From NCBI GenBank assembly GCA_964519305.1, contig CAZFHY010000019.1, positions 10,762-74,761 of the forward strand: a stretch of DNA of 64,000 bases. Reading direction: 5' to 3'. This document shows, in pieces, positions 27,925-37,334 of this stretch. The position numbers and the translations under genes are program-made. The notes beneath the pieces are model-generated. The model saw nothing but the letters and a program-made list of their open reading frames with translations. It had not been told where the DNA came from and made no database searches. Every line of letters begins with the position of its first letter. The stretch's first letter is position 1. The DNA comes from Candidatus Undinarchaeota archaeon (GTDB taxonomy: Archaea; SpSt-1190; JASMDC01).

Positions 27925-28083
27925 ATGCAGAAGTTCCAGTGTACAGTGTGCGGTTATGTATACGATCCCGAGCAGGGCGATCCGGAGAACGACGTAGAGC
28001 CGGGAACGGTCTTTGAGGACCTCCCCAACGACTGGGTGTGCCCCGTTTGTGGTGTGGAGAAGGACCAGTTCGAGCCGTTATAG
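27925..28083 (+). CDS. rub: Rubredoxin (absent from the ORF track, 52 aa)
   Basis: [52 protein letters not shown]. Confidence 0.97.
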   Translation: MQKFQCTVCGYVYDPEQGDPENDVEPGTVFEDLPNDWVCPVCGVEKDQFEPL

Positions 28084-28106
28084 GCTCCGGTCTAAGGAGC
28101 GTTCCC

Positions 28107-28352
28107 ATGACGGACGACGAAATAACTCCTGCCAAGGAGCTGGACTGCGTGGGGCTCTATTGTCCTATGCCCATCGCCCAGACAAAGGAGGCCATAGAGA
28201 CCGTCGGAGTTGGCGAAGTGCTGATGGTGGAGGCCGACGATCCAGCTGCAGAGGAGGACATCACACGCTGGGCGAAACGTACCGGTCACGAACTGTTGAA
28301 GTTCGAGCGTGCTGGCTCGATAATGACCTTCTACATCAAGCGTACGAAGTGA
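28107..28352 (+). CDS. tusA: TusA/SirA family sulfur carrier
   Basis: 'LDCVGLYCPMP', 'ADDPAAEEDITRW'; AAGGAG RBS. Confidence 0.9.
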   Translation: MTDDEITPAKELDCVGLYCPMPIAQTKEAIETVGVGEVLMVEADDPAAEEDITRWAKRTGHELLKFERAGSIMTFYIKRTK

Positions 28353-28413
28353 CCGGAGGACACAGCTTACGCTAGGACCGGTGATTCGCCGGAAGAGGGA
28401 GTCTTATCTACTC

Positions 28414-28878
28414 CTATTCCCAGGTCATGACGCGTTCATAGTGGTTGTAGTACCCGTTATGGGTTTCCTCGAGTTCTATGAGCTCTGCTTTGACCTTGTG
28501 TTCCTTGATAACTCCCTTGGTCGCGAAGTACGACTTCGTGGACTCGATAGGGTGGAGGATGGAACCGAAGTGCGTCTTGTCCGGAGTGCCATAGCCCATG
28601 TCCTTGATGGCCACGATGCACTCTTCCAGAGCTTCCTTGTCTCCGCCGAACTGAACGCGAGCTCCCTCGGTGAAGGTGCGGAGGTTGTAGACGCCGCCGT
28701 GTTCGCCGTAGTGCTCCAATGATGCGTTCCACTCGGGGTGGTCCGAGAAGAGTCCCGCAACGTCGGCCTCGAAGGTGTCCTCGGGCCGCTTGTCGTACAC
28801 GGTGTTGTAGTCGTACAGGCCGACCATGGTGTACCCGCGGTCATGCTCCCTCTCGATATAGTCGAACTCGATATCCAT
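28414..28878 (-). CDS. Hypothetical protein
   Basis: Codon usage matches other genes from ATG 28878; no motif recognised. Confidence 0.6.
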   Translation of the reverse strand: MDIEFDYIEREHDRGYTMVGLYDYNTVYDKRPEDTFEADVAGLFSDHPEWNASLEHYGEHGGVYNLRTFTEGARVQFGGDKEALEECIVAIKDMGYGTPDKTHFGSILHPIESTKSYFATKGVIKEHKVKAELIELEETHNGYYNHYERVMTWE

Positions 28879-29068
28879 GATTATTACCAAGCCGGCATGC
28901 CTGTTATGGAGTATAAATACGTTTCGTATATATTTTCTGGACAGGGTCAATATTCCAGGTGACCGGATGCTGACATCCCAGGATGGTCGATTCGTGGATT
29001 GTCCGAAATTTTCTTGGCGAGCGTCATGATTAGGTTTATAATTCTTGTACAAGGGATGTCTGATAGAG

Positions 29069-29311
29069 GTGGAAACCATCGACGAGTACGAGCTCCTCAA
29101 ACGGATGCATAACTACGGAGTGGTCAGCAGGCATAATGCCAAGACGGTGCAGGAACTCGTCGGTATGATGAACCTAGATGAGGAGGAGATCAAGGGACTT
29201 CTCGAGCGACTCATCGAATTCAGCTACGTCCATACCATATCCTCTGATGACGTAGCACGGTATTACGTGACAGGTCCGGGAATCATCACCGTGTGTTCAT
29301 TCTTTACCTGA
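29069..29311 (+). CDS. Small winged-helix protein
   Basis: 'TVQELVGMMNLDEEEIKGLLERL...YYVTGPG'; TATA (tttataat) about 25 nt upstream of the GTG. Confidence 0.65.
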   Translation: METIDEYELLKRMHNYGVVSRHNAKTVQELVGMMNLDEEEIKGLLERLIEFSYVHTISSDDVARYYVTGPGIITVCSFFT

Positions 29312-29324
29312 GGGCGGAGAGACC

Positions 29325-29960
29325 ATGCAGACGAACATCGAACGTGCGCTCGTGCTCACCTGGGAGTACCCTCCCAAAGTCGTCGGTTCCATCGCCCCAC
29401 ATTGCGAATCGCTAGCCCGGGGTCTGGCCAGGAAGAAGGTGGCCGTTGACGTGGTGACCTTTGATCACTGGGCAGAGGGTATCACCAAGGGAACGGGTAA
29501 GGACCGGGGTATCACAGTCCATCGCGCAGCCAATCCCATCTCACCATGTACCAGTACGCTCACATGGGCGCTCACCGCGGGCGTCGAGCTCGAACGACTC
29601 GCAGCCGACGTGATCCACTCCGTCAAGGGCAAGGTGGACATAATCCATGCTCACGACTGGGCGTCCATCCCCGCAGCTGTGGCCTTACGCCACGAGTTCG
29701 AGGTCCCGATGGTGCTCACGCTTCATTCCACAGAGACGCATCGCAGCGGGAAGGTGTTCACTCCGTACCTCGACGCGATCCGTAAGATCGAGTGGCAGGG
29801 GACCTTCGAGGCCGAGACGGTCATCGTCGACACCGAGCAGATGCGCGAGGAAGTGGTCGAGGAGTACCAGATACCCGAACGCAAGGTGCACGTTGTCGAG
29901 CCGGGGAAGCGTGGTTGGATCAATGTCCTACTGAAGCAGTACCGGGAGGCCATGCCATGA
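29325..29960 (+). CDS. GT4 glycosyltransferase, N-terminal domain only
   Basis: 'WEYPPKVVG', 'IIHAHDW', 'TLHSTE'; ends before the nucleotide-sugar-binding domain. Confidence 0.8.
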   Translation: MQTNIERALVLTWEYPPKVVGSIAPHCESLARGLARKKVAVDVVTFDHWAEGITKGTGKDRGITVHRAANPISPCTSTLTWALTAGVELERLAADVIHSVKGKVDIIHAHDWASIPAAVALRHEFEVPMVLTLHSTETHRSGKVFTPYLDAIRKIEWQGTFEAETVIVDTEQMREEVVEEYQIPERKVHVVEPGKRGWINVLLKQYREAMP

Positions 29961-31237
29961 GCCCTGCGAAGAAGGCCGCGCCCAAGCAGCAGAAGACGGC
30001 GAAGAAGCGGGACCGGCCTCTTACTGTGCTCCATCTCTGCTGGGAGTACCCTCCCCGGAGCGTTGGCGGGCTCGCGGCCCACGTGCACGATCTTTCACGT
30101 GCACTGGTAAAGAAGGACATCGAGGTCCATGTGGTCACCTGCGGATTCCCCGGGACTAAGGACTACGAGCATTACGAGAACGTCCACGTTCACCGGTTCG
30201 ATGCTTACACAATCCCGTCCGAGGACTTCCTTGGGTGGGCCTTACAGATGAACCTCTACAAGCGGATGAAGGCGGCCGATGTCATCCATAACCTCGATGG
30301 CGAGGTGGATATCATCCACGCGCATGACTGGCTCTCAGGACCCGCTGCCATCGCGCTCAAGAACGCCTTCCGCATCCCCCTTGTATCGACCATCCACGCC
30401 ACCGAGCACGGCCGGCGGCAGGGGATCCATGATCCCTTCCAGCAGATGATTCACGACATCGAGGGCTGGCTCTCATACAACTCCTGGCGCGTCATCGTGT
30501 GCTCGAAGTACATGGAGGACGAAGTATCTACGGTGTTCGGTCAGCCTCGTGAGAAGCTCGACATAATCCCCAACGGCGTTGACTACAAGAAGTTCGACCT
30601 TGAGTTCGACGCCCACGCCATCAAATCCCAGTTCGCTATGCCCCATGAGCGTATCGTGCTCTATGTGGGACGCATGGTGCACGAGAAGGGTCTCGGCGTG
30701 CTCGTTGGATCGATCCCGCGGGTGCTTGAGTCCTGCCCTGACGCGAAGTTCGTGCTAGTGGGCAGCGGTTACATGAAGAGCCGTGTCAAACAGCTCGCCT
30801 GGGACATGGGCGTGGGTGATAAGACCCTCATCCCCGGCTATCTGGACGAGGAGGTCCTACTAGGCCTGTACAATATCGCTGACGTGGCGGTGTTCCCGTC
30901 CTTGTACGAACCTTTCGGTATCGTGGCCTTGGAAGGAATGGCGGCTAGGACCCCGACCGTGGTGACCGACACCGGCGGGCTCGGGGAGATAGTCGATCAC
31001 GACGAGACGGGCGTGAAGGTCTGGGTTGACAACTCGGAATCCCTGGCCTGGGGCATCTCTCACGTGCTCAATGATTCGGCGCTCTCCAAGAAGCTCGGAA
31101 AGCAAGGGCGTCACAAGGTAGAGACTGTCTACAACTGGGAGGTCATCGCCGACCAGACAATCGACGTGTACCGTCGGGTTATGGCCGATTACACGAAGGG
31201 GCGCTGGAAACCCGGGTTCAAGCCGGGTGTACGGTAA
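29957..31237 (+). CDS. GT4 family glycosyltransferase (glycogen synthase-like)
   Basis: 'WEYPPRSVGGL', HAHDW, 'VGRMVHEKG', 'PSLYEPFGIVALEGMA'. Confidence 0.93.
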   Translation: MSPAKKAAPKQQKTAKKRDRPLTVLHLCWEYPPRSVGGLAAHVHDLSRALVKKDIEVHVVTCGFPGTKDYEHYENVHVHRFDAYTIPSEDFLGWALQMNLYKRMKAADVIHNLDGEVDIIHAHDWLSGPAAIALKNAFRIPLVSTIHATEHGRRQGIHDPFQQMIHDIEGWLSYNSWRVIVCSKYMEDEVSTVFGQPREKLDIIPNGVDYKKFDLEFDAHAIKSQFAMPHERIVLYVGRMVHEKGLGVLVGSIPRVLESCPDAKFVLVGSGYMKSRVKQLAWDMGVGDKTLIPGYLDEEVLLGLYNIADVAVFPSLYEPFGIVALEGMAARTPTVVTDTGGLGEIVDHDETGVKVWVDNSESLAWGISHVLNDSALSKKLGKQGRHKVETVYNWEVIADQTIDVYRRVMADYTKGRWKPGFKPGVR

Positions 31238-31289
31238 GGCCTAGACCTTAGTACAATAATCCTTGAACTTAGTTCGAACTCTGTCGGAT

Positions 31290-31318
31290 AAAAAGGGAGG
31301 GGCGCCCGAAGGCGCCCC
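31290..31318 (-). terminator. Hairpin + U-tract terminator of the giant surface-protein gene
   Basis: Minus strand GGGGCGCC-TTCG-GGCGCCCC-TCCCTTTTT, about 20 nt after the stop. Confidence 0.75.
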
Positions 31319-31337
31319 CGGTATTCTATCGACGACC

Positions 31338-34300
31338 CTAGACCGGACCTGAGCCGCACGTGTACTCGTTGGGGAAACAACTGTGGGGCGCAGAGTCGCC
31401 CTCACACCACTTGCAGTCAGCCAGCTCCATGCAGGTTGCATCAGTGATGGCATTATAGCAATCGGGGTGGTCGTCGCCCCCCGTGTCATCCATAAGGCAC
31501 TCACCGGTGTCGTCCTTGCAGTAGTTACCGTCAGGACATCCGCAATCCATACAGCAGCCGAACTGGTCCTCCCAGGGATCGCAGCTGTTATTCTTATTGC
31601 AGCTGCAGTCGTCGTGGCAGTTATCTTTGTTCTCGCCCGTGTCGTAGTCGCAGATACCGTCGCCGCAGTGGTCGTCGGTGTGATCTCCACCCGAGCTCAT
31701 GTCACACCAGGGCGGATCCGTCATGCCGGGGCCGGGACTGATGCAGTTGGCGGGTGCGTTGGGGTCCACCCACTCGTCCGGCAGGTCCTGGTACATGTCA
31801 GGGCACGGCTGGTCGAGGTCGACGCGGCATGCGTCCATACCCTCTGAGGACTGGCAGCACTTGTAGCCGCTCGGGCCGCCTTGGTCGTCACCGCTGTCGG
31901 ACCGACACATATCGTAGTCGCAGAACTGTTCGGACGGACAACCACAGTCCTGTTGGCAGGAACCGCAGTTCTCGCCTTCATGGCCGCGGCAGTCGCCGTC
32001 ACCGCAGTGACCCTGTTGGCTCCCGCTATCCTCGGGCTTGCAGATGTTCGATCCTTGGTCGCACCAGTGGTCCGCAGGGCAGCCGCAGTCCTTGCAGCAG
32101 TCGGAGGAGCCCTCCTGTCCGTTGCACATACCATCGCCGCAGTAAGGATCGTACCCGCCGCTGCTGCCGCCACAGTCGTACTCGCAGAAGCCCTCGCACT
32201 CTGAGTAGCTCCGACCCATCTCGTTGATGCACTTATTCTTGCACTGCTCGCACTGGTCGCCCGAGGGCTGCTCAGTGCCGCCGCTACCATCGCTGTTGGA
32301 CTGCCAGTAGCGCTCGGACATCTCGTTGAACCTCTGTTCGAGGTCCCGCTGGAGCCTGTCCCAATCGCGACCGTCGGACTCGAGCGCCTTCATGCGCATC
32401 TCCTCGTAGTACAGCTCGAGCTGCTTGAGGAGGGCCTGATCGTGGTACCGCACGTCCTCGCGCATTTGGGTGAGGTCCCTGGACTTCCACAGGAGCCACT
32501 GCATTCGCCAGAACTGGAAGCGGTAGCCCTCCCAATCGCGCTCGAAGCGTTCCATAACGCGACCGGGATCGTAAGCACCGTCGAGCTCGCCGCGGAACTC
32601 TTCGGCGCGAGCCTTCATATCGAGCAGGATGCGGTTCAGCTCCTGGGTACCGGGCACGTTCTCGTACTCCATCCGGTCGACCTCGTCCTCGAATCCTTGG
32701 AGCTCGTTCTTGAGGCCGCTGAGGCGCTCGAGCATCCATAGGCTCTCCTGGAACTGGTCGAACTCGCGCTGGAACGGCTCGAAGTGGCGCCAGATATCCC
32801 TGACACCGTCCATATCGCTCGCAAGTGCGTCCAGCTTGTGCTGAAGCTCGCGGAACTTCGTCTTGGCACTGCTCACGTCCACGCCATCGTACTCCATACG
32901 CTCGAGCTGGTCCTGGATGTCCTGGAAGCGGCGCTTGTAGTCATTGGTCATTCGCTGTGCCTCAAGCCCCTGGAACACGGAGTTCTCGAATTCACTGACG
33001 CGGCGGTTGAACAGTTCCTGCTCACGCCAGATGCGGTCCATCTGCTCCGTGGCCCTCAACTTGTTCTTGAACTCGTCAAGCTCGTACCAGAGGCTCTTGA
33101 GCCCACGACGGGCCTCGGATGTATCGATTTCGTCGTACTCCATGTCCTCAAGGCGCTGTTCCATGTCCCTGAACCTGCGCTCGAACTCGCGGGGGATGGT
33201 TGCGATGGCACGGCGCTGTTCGAGGGCGTTGATCTTGCGCTCGAACTGGTGGATGATCGTGTCCCATCTACCGCCTTCCATCTCCTGCACCTCGCGAACG
33301 ACGTTCCGCAGCTCGGCCCGAAGGTCGGCGAGCTCCTCATATAGGTCGTCCACGCGGATACCGTTGTACTCATCGTCACGGAGCTGGTCCTCCATATTGC
33401 GCAGGCGGTCCTCGAGGCCGCCAAGCCATCGGCGGGACTCGAACTCGCGCTCGAGTCTGTCGATTTCACGGTGGAACCGCTCGAGGGCGCGACCGAGCCG
33501 GTGGCCCTGGATGCCTGCGTTGCGCATTTCGTCAATACCCTCGCGGATATCCTCGATAGCATAGCGGTACGGCTTGGTGTCGACACCGTCATACTCGGCC
33601 TCCTCAAGGCGCTGTTCGACATTGTTGAGCCGGTTCTCGAGATCTATGAAGGCGCCGCTCATATCGATCTGTTCTCTGATGTACCAGAGCTTCTCGAACA
33701 TCCGCTCAGCACGGCGGAAATCGCCCTGCTTGGCAAGACCCTCGATGGTGCGGAGCACCTCCTCGTAATCCCTGCGGAGGTCCTCGACGAAGTCGGGGAC
33801 CTTGAAGCCGCTGTAGCTGGCGTCCTCGAAGCGCCTGTCGAGATCTTCCAGGAACCGGTAGGCGTCCTCGATCTGCTCGTTGAAATGGCGCCATTGCATG
33901 AACGACTCGAACTCGCGGTGGAGCCGTTCCATCCTGTGGCGGCACTTACCCATGATGCGGTCGAACTCGTGCGGATTGCGCACATTGCGCATCTCGTCCA
34001 TGGCATTGTCGAAGCACAGAGCGACGTCCTTGAGCTTGGTCTCCATATCAGAGACGTCGAAGCCCTCGTAGGCCATCATGTCAAGTTCTTCGAACATGCG
34101 GTACAAGTTATCCTCGATCATGGTACGCTCGTAGAAGAAGTGCACAAGGGGCATCTTCTCCATAGCGTTGCGGAAGACCTTCTCGGCCGCTCTGGCCTTA
34201 CCGTTCATAGCGAGCTCGATGGCCTTGTCGATACCACCTTCGATCTCGTCCAGAAGAGCGTTTAAGCGCCCTCCCTCCTCGCCGGGGAGCTCTTCAGCAC

Positions 34301-37187
34301 GGATGCGCATATCCTCGAGCTCATACCGGATGTGCTCCTGCTCACGCAGGAAGTCAAAGTACATTCGCACCTCGTCAAGGGCGCGGTGGAGGCCGCCGAA
34401 GCGCTTCTCGATCTTGCCCAGGAGCTTACCTGCCGACTTGAACTTGCCGGCCTCGATATCGTCCTGTGCCTCTATGATCATGTCCTCGATCTCGTTGAAG
34501 ATGGACAGAGCGGGGCCTATGTCGATACCGTTGGCCACCATCTCCTCGACCTCCCATGAGACATCCTGGTAGTGTCGGATGATGCCCTCCAGGTGACCGC
34601 GGATATGGATCTCCTCGATAACAGCCCAGGCATTTCCCATCTCCTTCCAGGCATTATCAATGTCGCCGCTCGCAGCGGCACTGTACGACTGGTAGAGATA
34701 GTCTTCTGCCAAGCTTATGAGATAGAGCATCTCCTCGATGTCCGCTCCCATCATCTCCATCTCGAAGAGACGTTCCTGTGCCTCCTCGAGCTGGTCGTAG
34801 GCGTTCTCGAGCTCGTCCTCGAAAGCAAAGCCTTCGGGTTCCAAGGCTCGCTGGAACGCGCGATTGATGAATTTGTGCACTCTGCGGGTGAATCCCTCGA
34901 AGCGGTGCTGGATGTCCATTATATGACCGATATCGCCGCTGTCCTCAGCTTCAGCGAGCTCGTTCTGGATGTCCTGGAGCTCCTCAAGGAGACGGGAGAG
35001 CTCGATGCGGAACCTGCCCACATCTGTGCCACCCTCCTCCAGCTCGTTCAGAGACTCGTCGAAATCGGTGATATCAAGATCGAGCTCCATGATGCCGAGC
35101 GAGGTCTCCAGACGCGATACGAGCATGTTGGCCTCCTCAGCGAGGTAGTCGACCTCTTCGAGCTTACCCTCGAGGATGAGCTTCTGTGCATCGTCGATGA
35201 GGAGGCGTAGTTCCTCGATGATCGCCTCCTCGACGGAGAGATCGTAGCCCGCACCCTTGAGCTCATCGACCTTCTCAGCAAGACCTTCGATGTATTGCTT
35301 ACCATCGTTCAGGTCGTCCTGATAGCGCTGGTTGTCCTTCTTACGGTCCAGTTGCTCTCGGATCTCCAATACCTGCTCCCAACCCTCAGGACCGCTACCT
35401 GCCTCCTTGAGCGCACCGAGCAGGTCCTGTAGGTCACCGAGGTCGACGTTCTCGTCCTCGGCCTCTTCGAACTCGTACTGAAGACTCTTGAGAGCGGAGT
35501 CGAACTGATGGTTCTCCACCTCGGAGGACACATCCTGCTCATCGCTACCGAGCTGGGCCCTACCGATGAGCTTCTCGATCTCGCCCACCTTGAGCTTGAT
35601 CTCCTTACCCGCGTGCTTGAAGGCGTCGATGTCCTTCCCTTCTAGGGCGTAGAACTCAGCGTCCCTCCCTAACCGCTGGACGGCCTTGAGGAGGTAGCGC
35701 ATTTTCTTGTCCTCGCCAAACTCCTTCTCGAAGGACTCGGCCTTCTCTTCAAGAGCGCTAATGAGGTTCTTAATATCCCCAAGTTCCTTACGGACGTCGT
35801 TCTTCTCGGAACCCACCAGCTCTTCGATGCGTTCGGCCCGGCGGTCCTTGTCAAGGCTGGAGACGATCGCCCACTCGCCCTGTGAAGCGAGGTCCTGGGC
35901 CAGACGTGCCTGGCGGAAGCCCTCTACATACTTCTCGCCCTCCAGTGCTTCCTGGGCTCTGGTCAGAGCAGCGTCTGCCTTGTCGATGAAATCGAGGGCC
36001 TTCTTTAGAACGCCCGCCTCGATTGTGATATCGTCCTTGTAATTAGCGATGAGCACCCGCATCTCGCCGATAACGACCTCGGCACGGCCAGCCTCATCGA
36101 GAGCCTTCTTGGCTAGCTGGAGTCGTTCAAGCTCTCTCTCAAGAGCGCTGATCTTGGAAGCGAGGTCCTTGGCCTTCTTAGCGTACTTGTCCTTGGCCTT
36201 GCGGACCTGTTCTGCCACGGCAGCTACGGGGTCCTCTTCCTCCACATGCTGGATGGCGTCCTCGGTGACGTTCTGCTCCTTGAAGCGCTCCACGAGCTCT
36301 TCTGAGAGACCGCTGTCACCGACAACGATGATATCGGTGATGTTGTAGTTGCGGACGAAGTCGGCCAGTTCCTTGGCCTTGCTGGTGTCAGAGATAACGA
36401 ACACGACCGTGTCCTCAGCGTCCGCGGGCATCTTGAGGATGTCCGCATAGTTATCCTCTGTGACGATGATGCGTGCCGTAGTGATGCCTTCGATCTCGGT
36501 AAGCTTGCTCTTGATATGACCGAGGATGCGGTCGAGGGTCTTATCGATGGAGGATCCGGTCACCTTCGTCAAGCTAGGACCGATGGATTCCACAGCGGAG
36601 GTGAGGTTCTCGGAAGGATTGGTACCGACAAGCACCACGTTCGAGACATTGAGGTCGGTGAGGAGCGATGCCGCATCGACGGATAGCGCGTCGCAGGGTG
36701 TGAGCAGGATAGGGGCTCCATACATCCGTGCGAGGGACAACGATGCAGCCAGCTGCTTGTATTCCTCACCTACGGAGTATATGTTATCACAAACTAGAAC
36801 AGCATCGTTTGTACCTGTGGAGAACCAGAAGTACATACCGATGCTCGCGGCCGTACCATAGCGGGTCATGTCCCAGATACGCTCGGTGGTGAAGCCGATC
36901 TCAGTAAGTTTCTTCTCGACGTCCTCACTGATGACGGCGGGTCCACCTATGATATAGACCGTCTTGGGAGCGAGGTCCCGCAACGTGGCCTCCACCGCTT
37001 CAGAGAGCTCGTTCTCGTCAGTGACGATTACCGGCGCTCCGATCTTGTTCGCAGCGGCCGCTGCAACAACGGAATCAGGGTAGTTCACCGTGGTGGTGAG
37101 GAACACCGCGTCCACGGACTCTTCTGCCATGGCCAAGCTGGCCATGAGCACAGTCAATATCAGTACAAAACGCAATCCTCTATACAT
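31338..37187 (-). CDS. Giant secreted surface protein: CW_binding_2 repeats, helical-repeat stalk, Cys-rich C-terminus
   Basis: Signal peptide; 'NYPDSVVAAAAA...APVIVT...VYIIGGPAVIS...RIW..TRYGTA'; about 12 helical repeats; CGDGxC/CCxDCGC modules; GGAGG RBS before ATG 37187. Confidence 0.85.
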   Translation of the reverse strand: MYRGLRFVLILTVLMASLAMAEESVDAVFLTTTVNYPDSVVAAAAANKIGAPVIVTDENELSEAVEATLRDLAPKTVYIIGGPAVISEDVEKKLTEIGFTTERIWDMTRYGTAASIGMYFWFSTGTNDAVLVCDNIYSVGEEYKQLAASLSLARMYGAPILLTPCDALSVDAASLLTDLNVSNVVLVGTNPSENLTSAVESIGPSLTKVTGSSIDKTLDRILGHIKSKLTEIEGITTARIIVTEDNYADILKMPADAEDTVVFVISDTSKAKELADFVRNYNITDIIVVGDSGLSEELVERFKEQNVTEDAIQHVEEEDPVAAVAEQVRKAKDKYAKKAKDLASKISALERELERLQLAKKALDEAGRAEVVIGEMRVLIANYKDDITIEAGVLKKALDFIDKADAALTRAQEALEGEKYVEGFRQARLAQDLASQGEWAIVSSLDKDRRAERIEELVGSEKNDVRKELGDIKNLISALEEKAESFEKEFGEDKKMRYLLKAVQRLGRDAEFYALEGKDIDAFKHAGKEIKLKVGEIEKLIGRAQLGSDEQDVSSEVENHQFDSALKSLQYEFEEAEDENVDLGDLQDLLGALKEAGSGPEGWEQVLEIREQLDRKKDNQRYQDDLNDGKQYIEGLAEKVDELKGAGYDLSVEEAIIEELRLLIDDAQKLILEGKLEEVDYLAEEANMLVSRLETSLGIMELDLDITDFDESLNELEEGGTDVGRFRIELSRLLEELQDIQNELAEAEDSGDIGHIMDIQHRFEGFTRRVHKFINRAFQRALEPEGFAFEDELENAYDQLEEAQERLFEMEMMGADIEEMLYLISLAEDYLYQSYSAAASGDIDNAWKEMGNAWAVIEEIHIRGHLEGIIRHYQDVSWEVEEMVANGIDIGPALSIFNEIEDMIIEAQDDIEAGKFKSAGKLLGKIEKRFGGLHRALDEVRMYFDFLREQEHIRYELEDMRIRAEELPGEEGGRLNALLDEIEGGIDKAIELAMNGKARAAEKVFRNAMEKMPLVHFFYERTMIEDNLYRMFEELDMMAYEGFDVSDMETKLKDVALCFDNAMDEMRNVRNPHEFDRIMGKCRHRMERLHREFESFMQWRHFNEQIEDAYRFLEDLDRRFEDASYSGFKVPDFVEDLRRDYEEVLRTIEGLAKQGDFRRAERMFEKLWYIREQIDMSGAFIDLENRLNNVEQRLEEAEYDGVDTKPYRYAIEDIREGIDEMRNAGIQGHRLGRALERFHREIDRLEREFESRRWLGGLEDRLRNMEDQLRDDEYNGIRVDDLYEELADLRAELRNVVREVQEMEGGRWDTIIHQFERKINALEQRRAIATIPREFERRFRDMEQRLEDMEYDEIDTSEARRGLKSLWYELDEFKNKLRATEQMDRIWREQELFNRRVSEFENSVFQGLEAQRMTNDYKRRFQDIQDQLERMEYDGVDVSSAKTKFRELQHKLDALASDMDGVRDIWRHFEPFQREFDQFQESLWMLERLSGLKNELQGFEDEVDRMEYENVPGTQELNRILLDMKARAEEFRGELDGAYDPGRVMERFERDWEGYRFQFWRMQWLLWKSRDLTQMREDVRYHDQALLKQLELYYEEMRMKALESDGRDWDRLQRDLEQRFNEMSERYWQSNSDGSGGTEQPSGDQCEQCKNKCINEMGRSYSECEGFCEYDCGGSSGGYDPYCGDGMCNGQEGSSDCCKDCGCPADHWCDQGSNICKPEDSGSQQGHCGDGDCRGHEGENCGSCQQDCGCPSEQFCDYDMCRSDSGDDQGGPSGYKCCQSSEGMDACRVDLDQPCPDMYQDLPDEWVDPNAPANCISPGPGMTDPPWCDMSSGGDHTDDHCGDGICDYDTGENKDNCHDDCSCNKNNSCDPWEDQFGCCMDCGCPDGNYCKDDTGECLMDDTGGDDHPDCYNAITDATCMELADCKWCEGDSAPHSCFPNEYTCGSGPV

Positions 37188-37334
37188 AGCCTTCGCCTCC
37201 AATTAACTTGACTTCCCGGTTTAGAACTCATTCGGTATGACATTTATAGGTTTCGTTCTCCTTTTGAAGGATATAGACAATCTATACACGTCGATATTTC
37301 TTCTGGAACGTGACAAGGGGATGAGGTTATCTGA

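Noticed and set aside
19768-28352. tRNA-Trp as the integration site of the stress island
   Set aside because: No integrase and no duplicated tRNA 3' end seen; the core gene ZPR1 sits between the tRNA and the island
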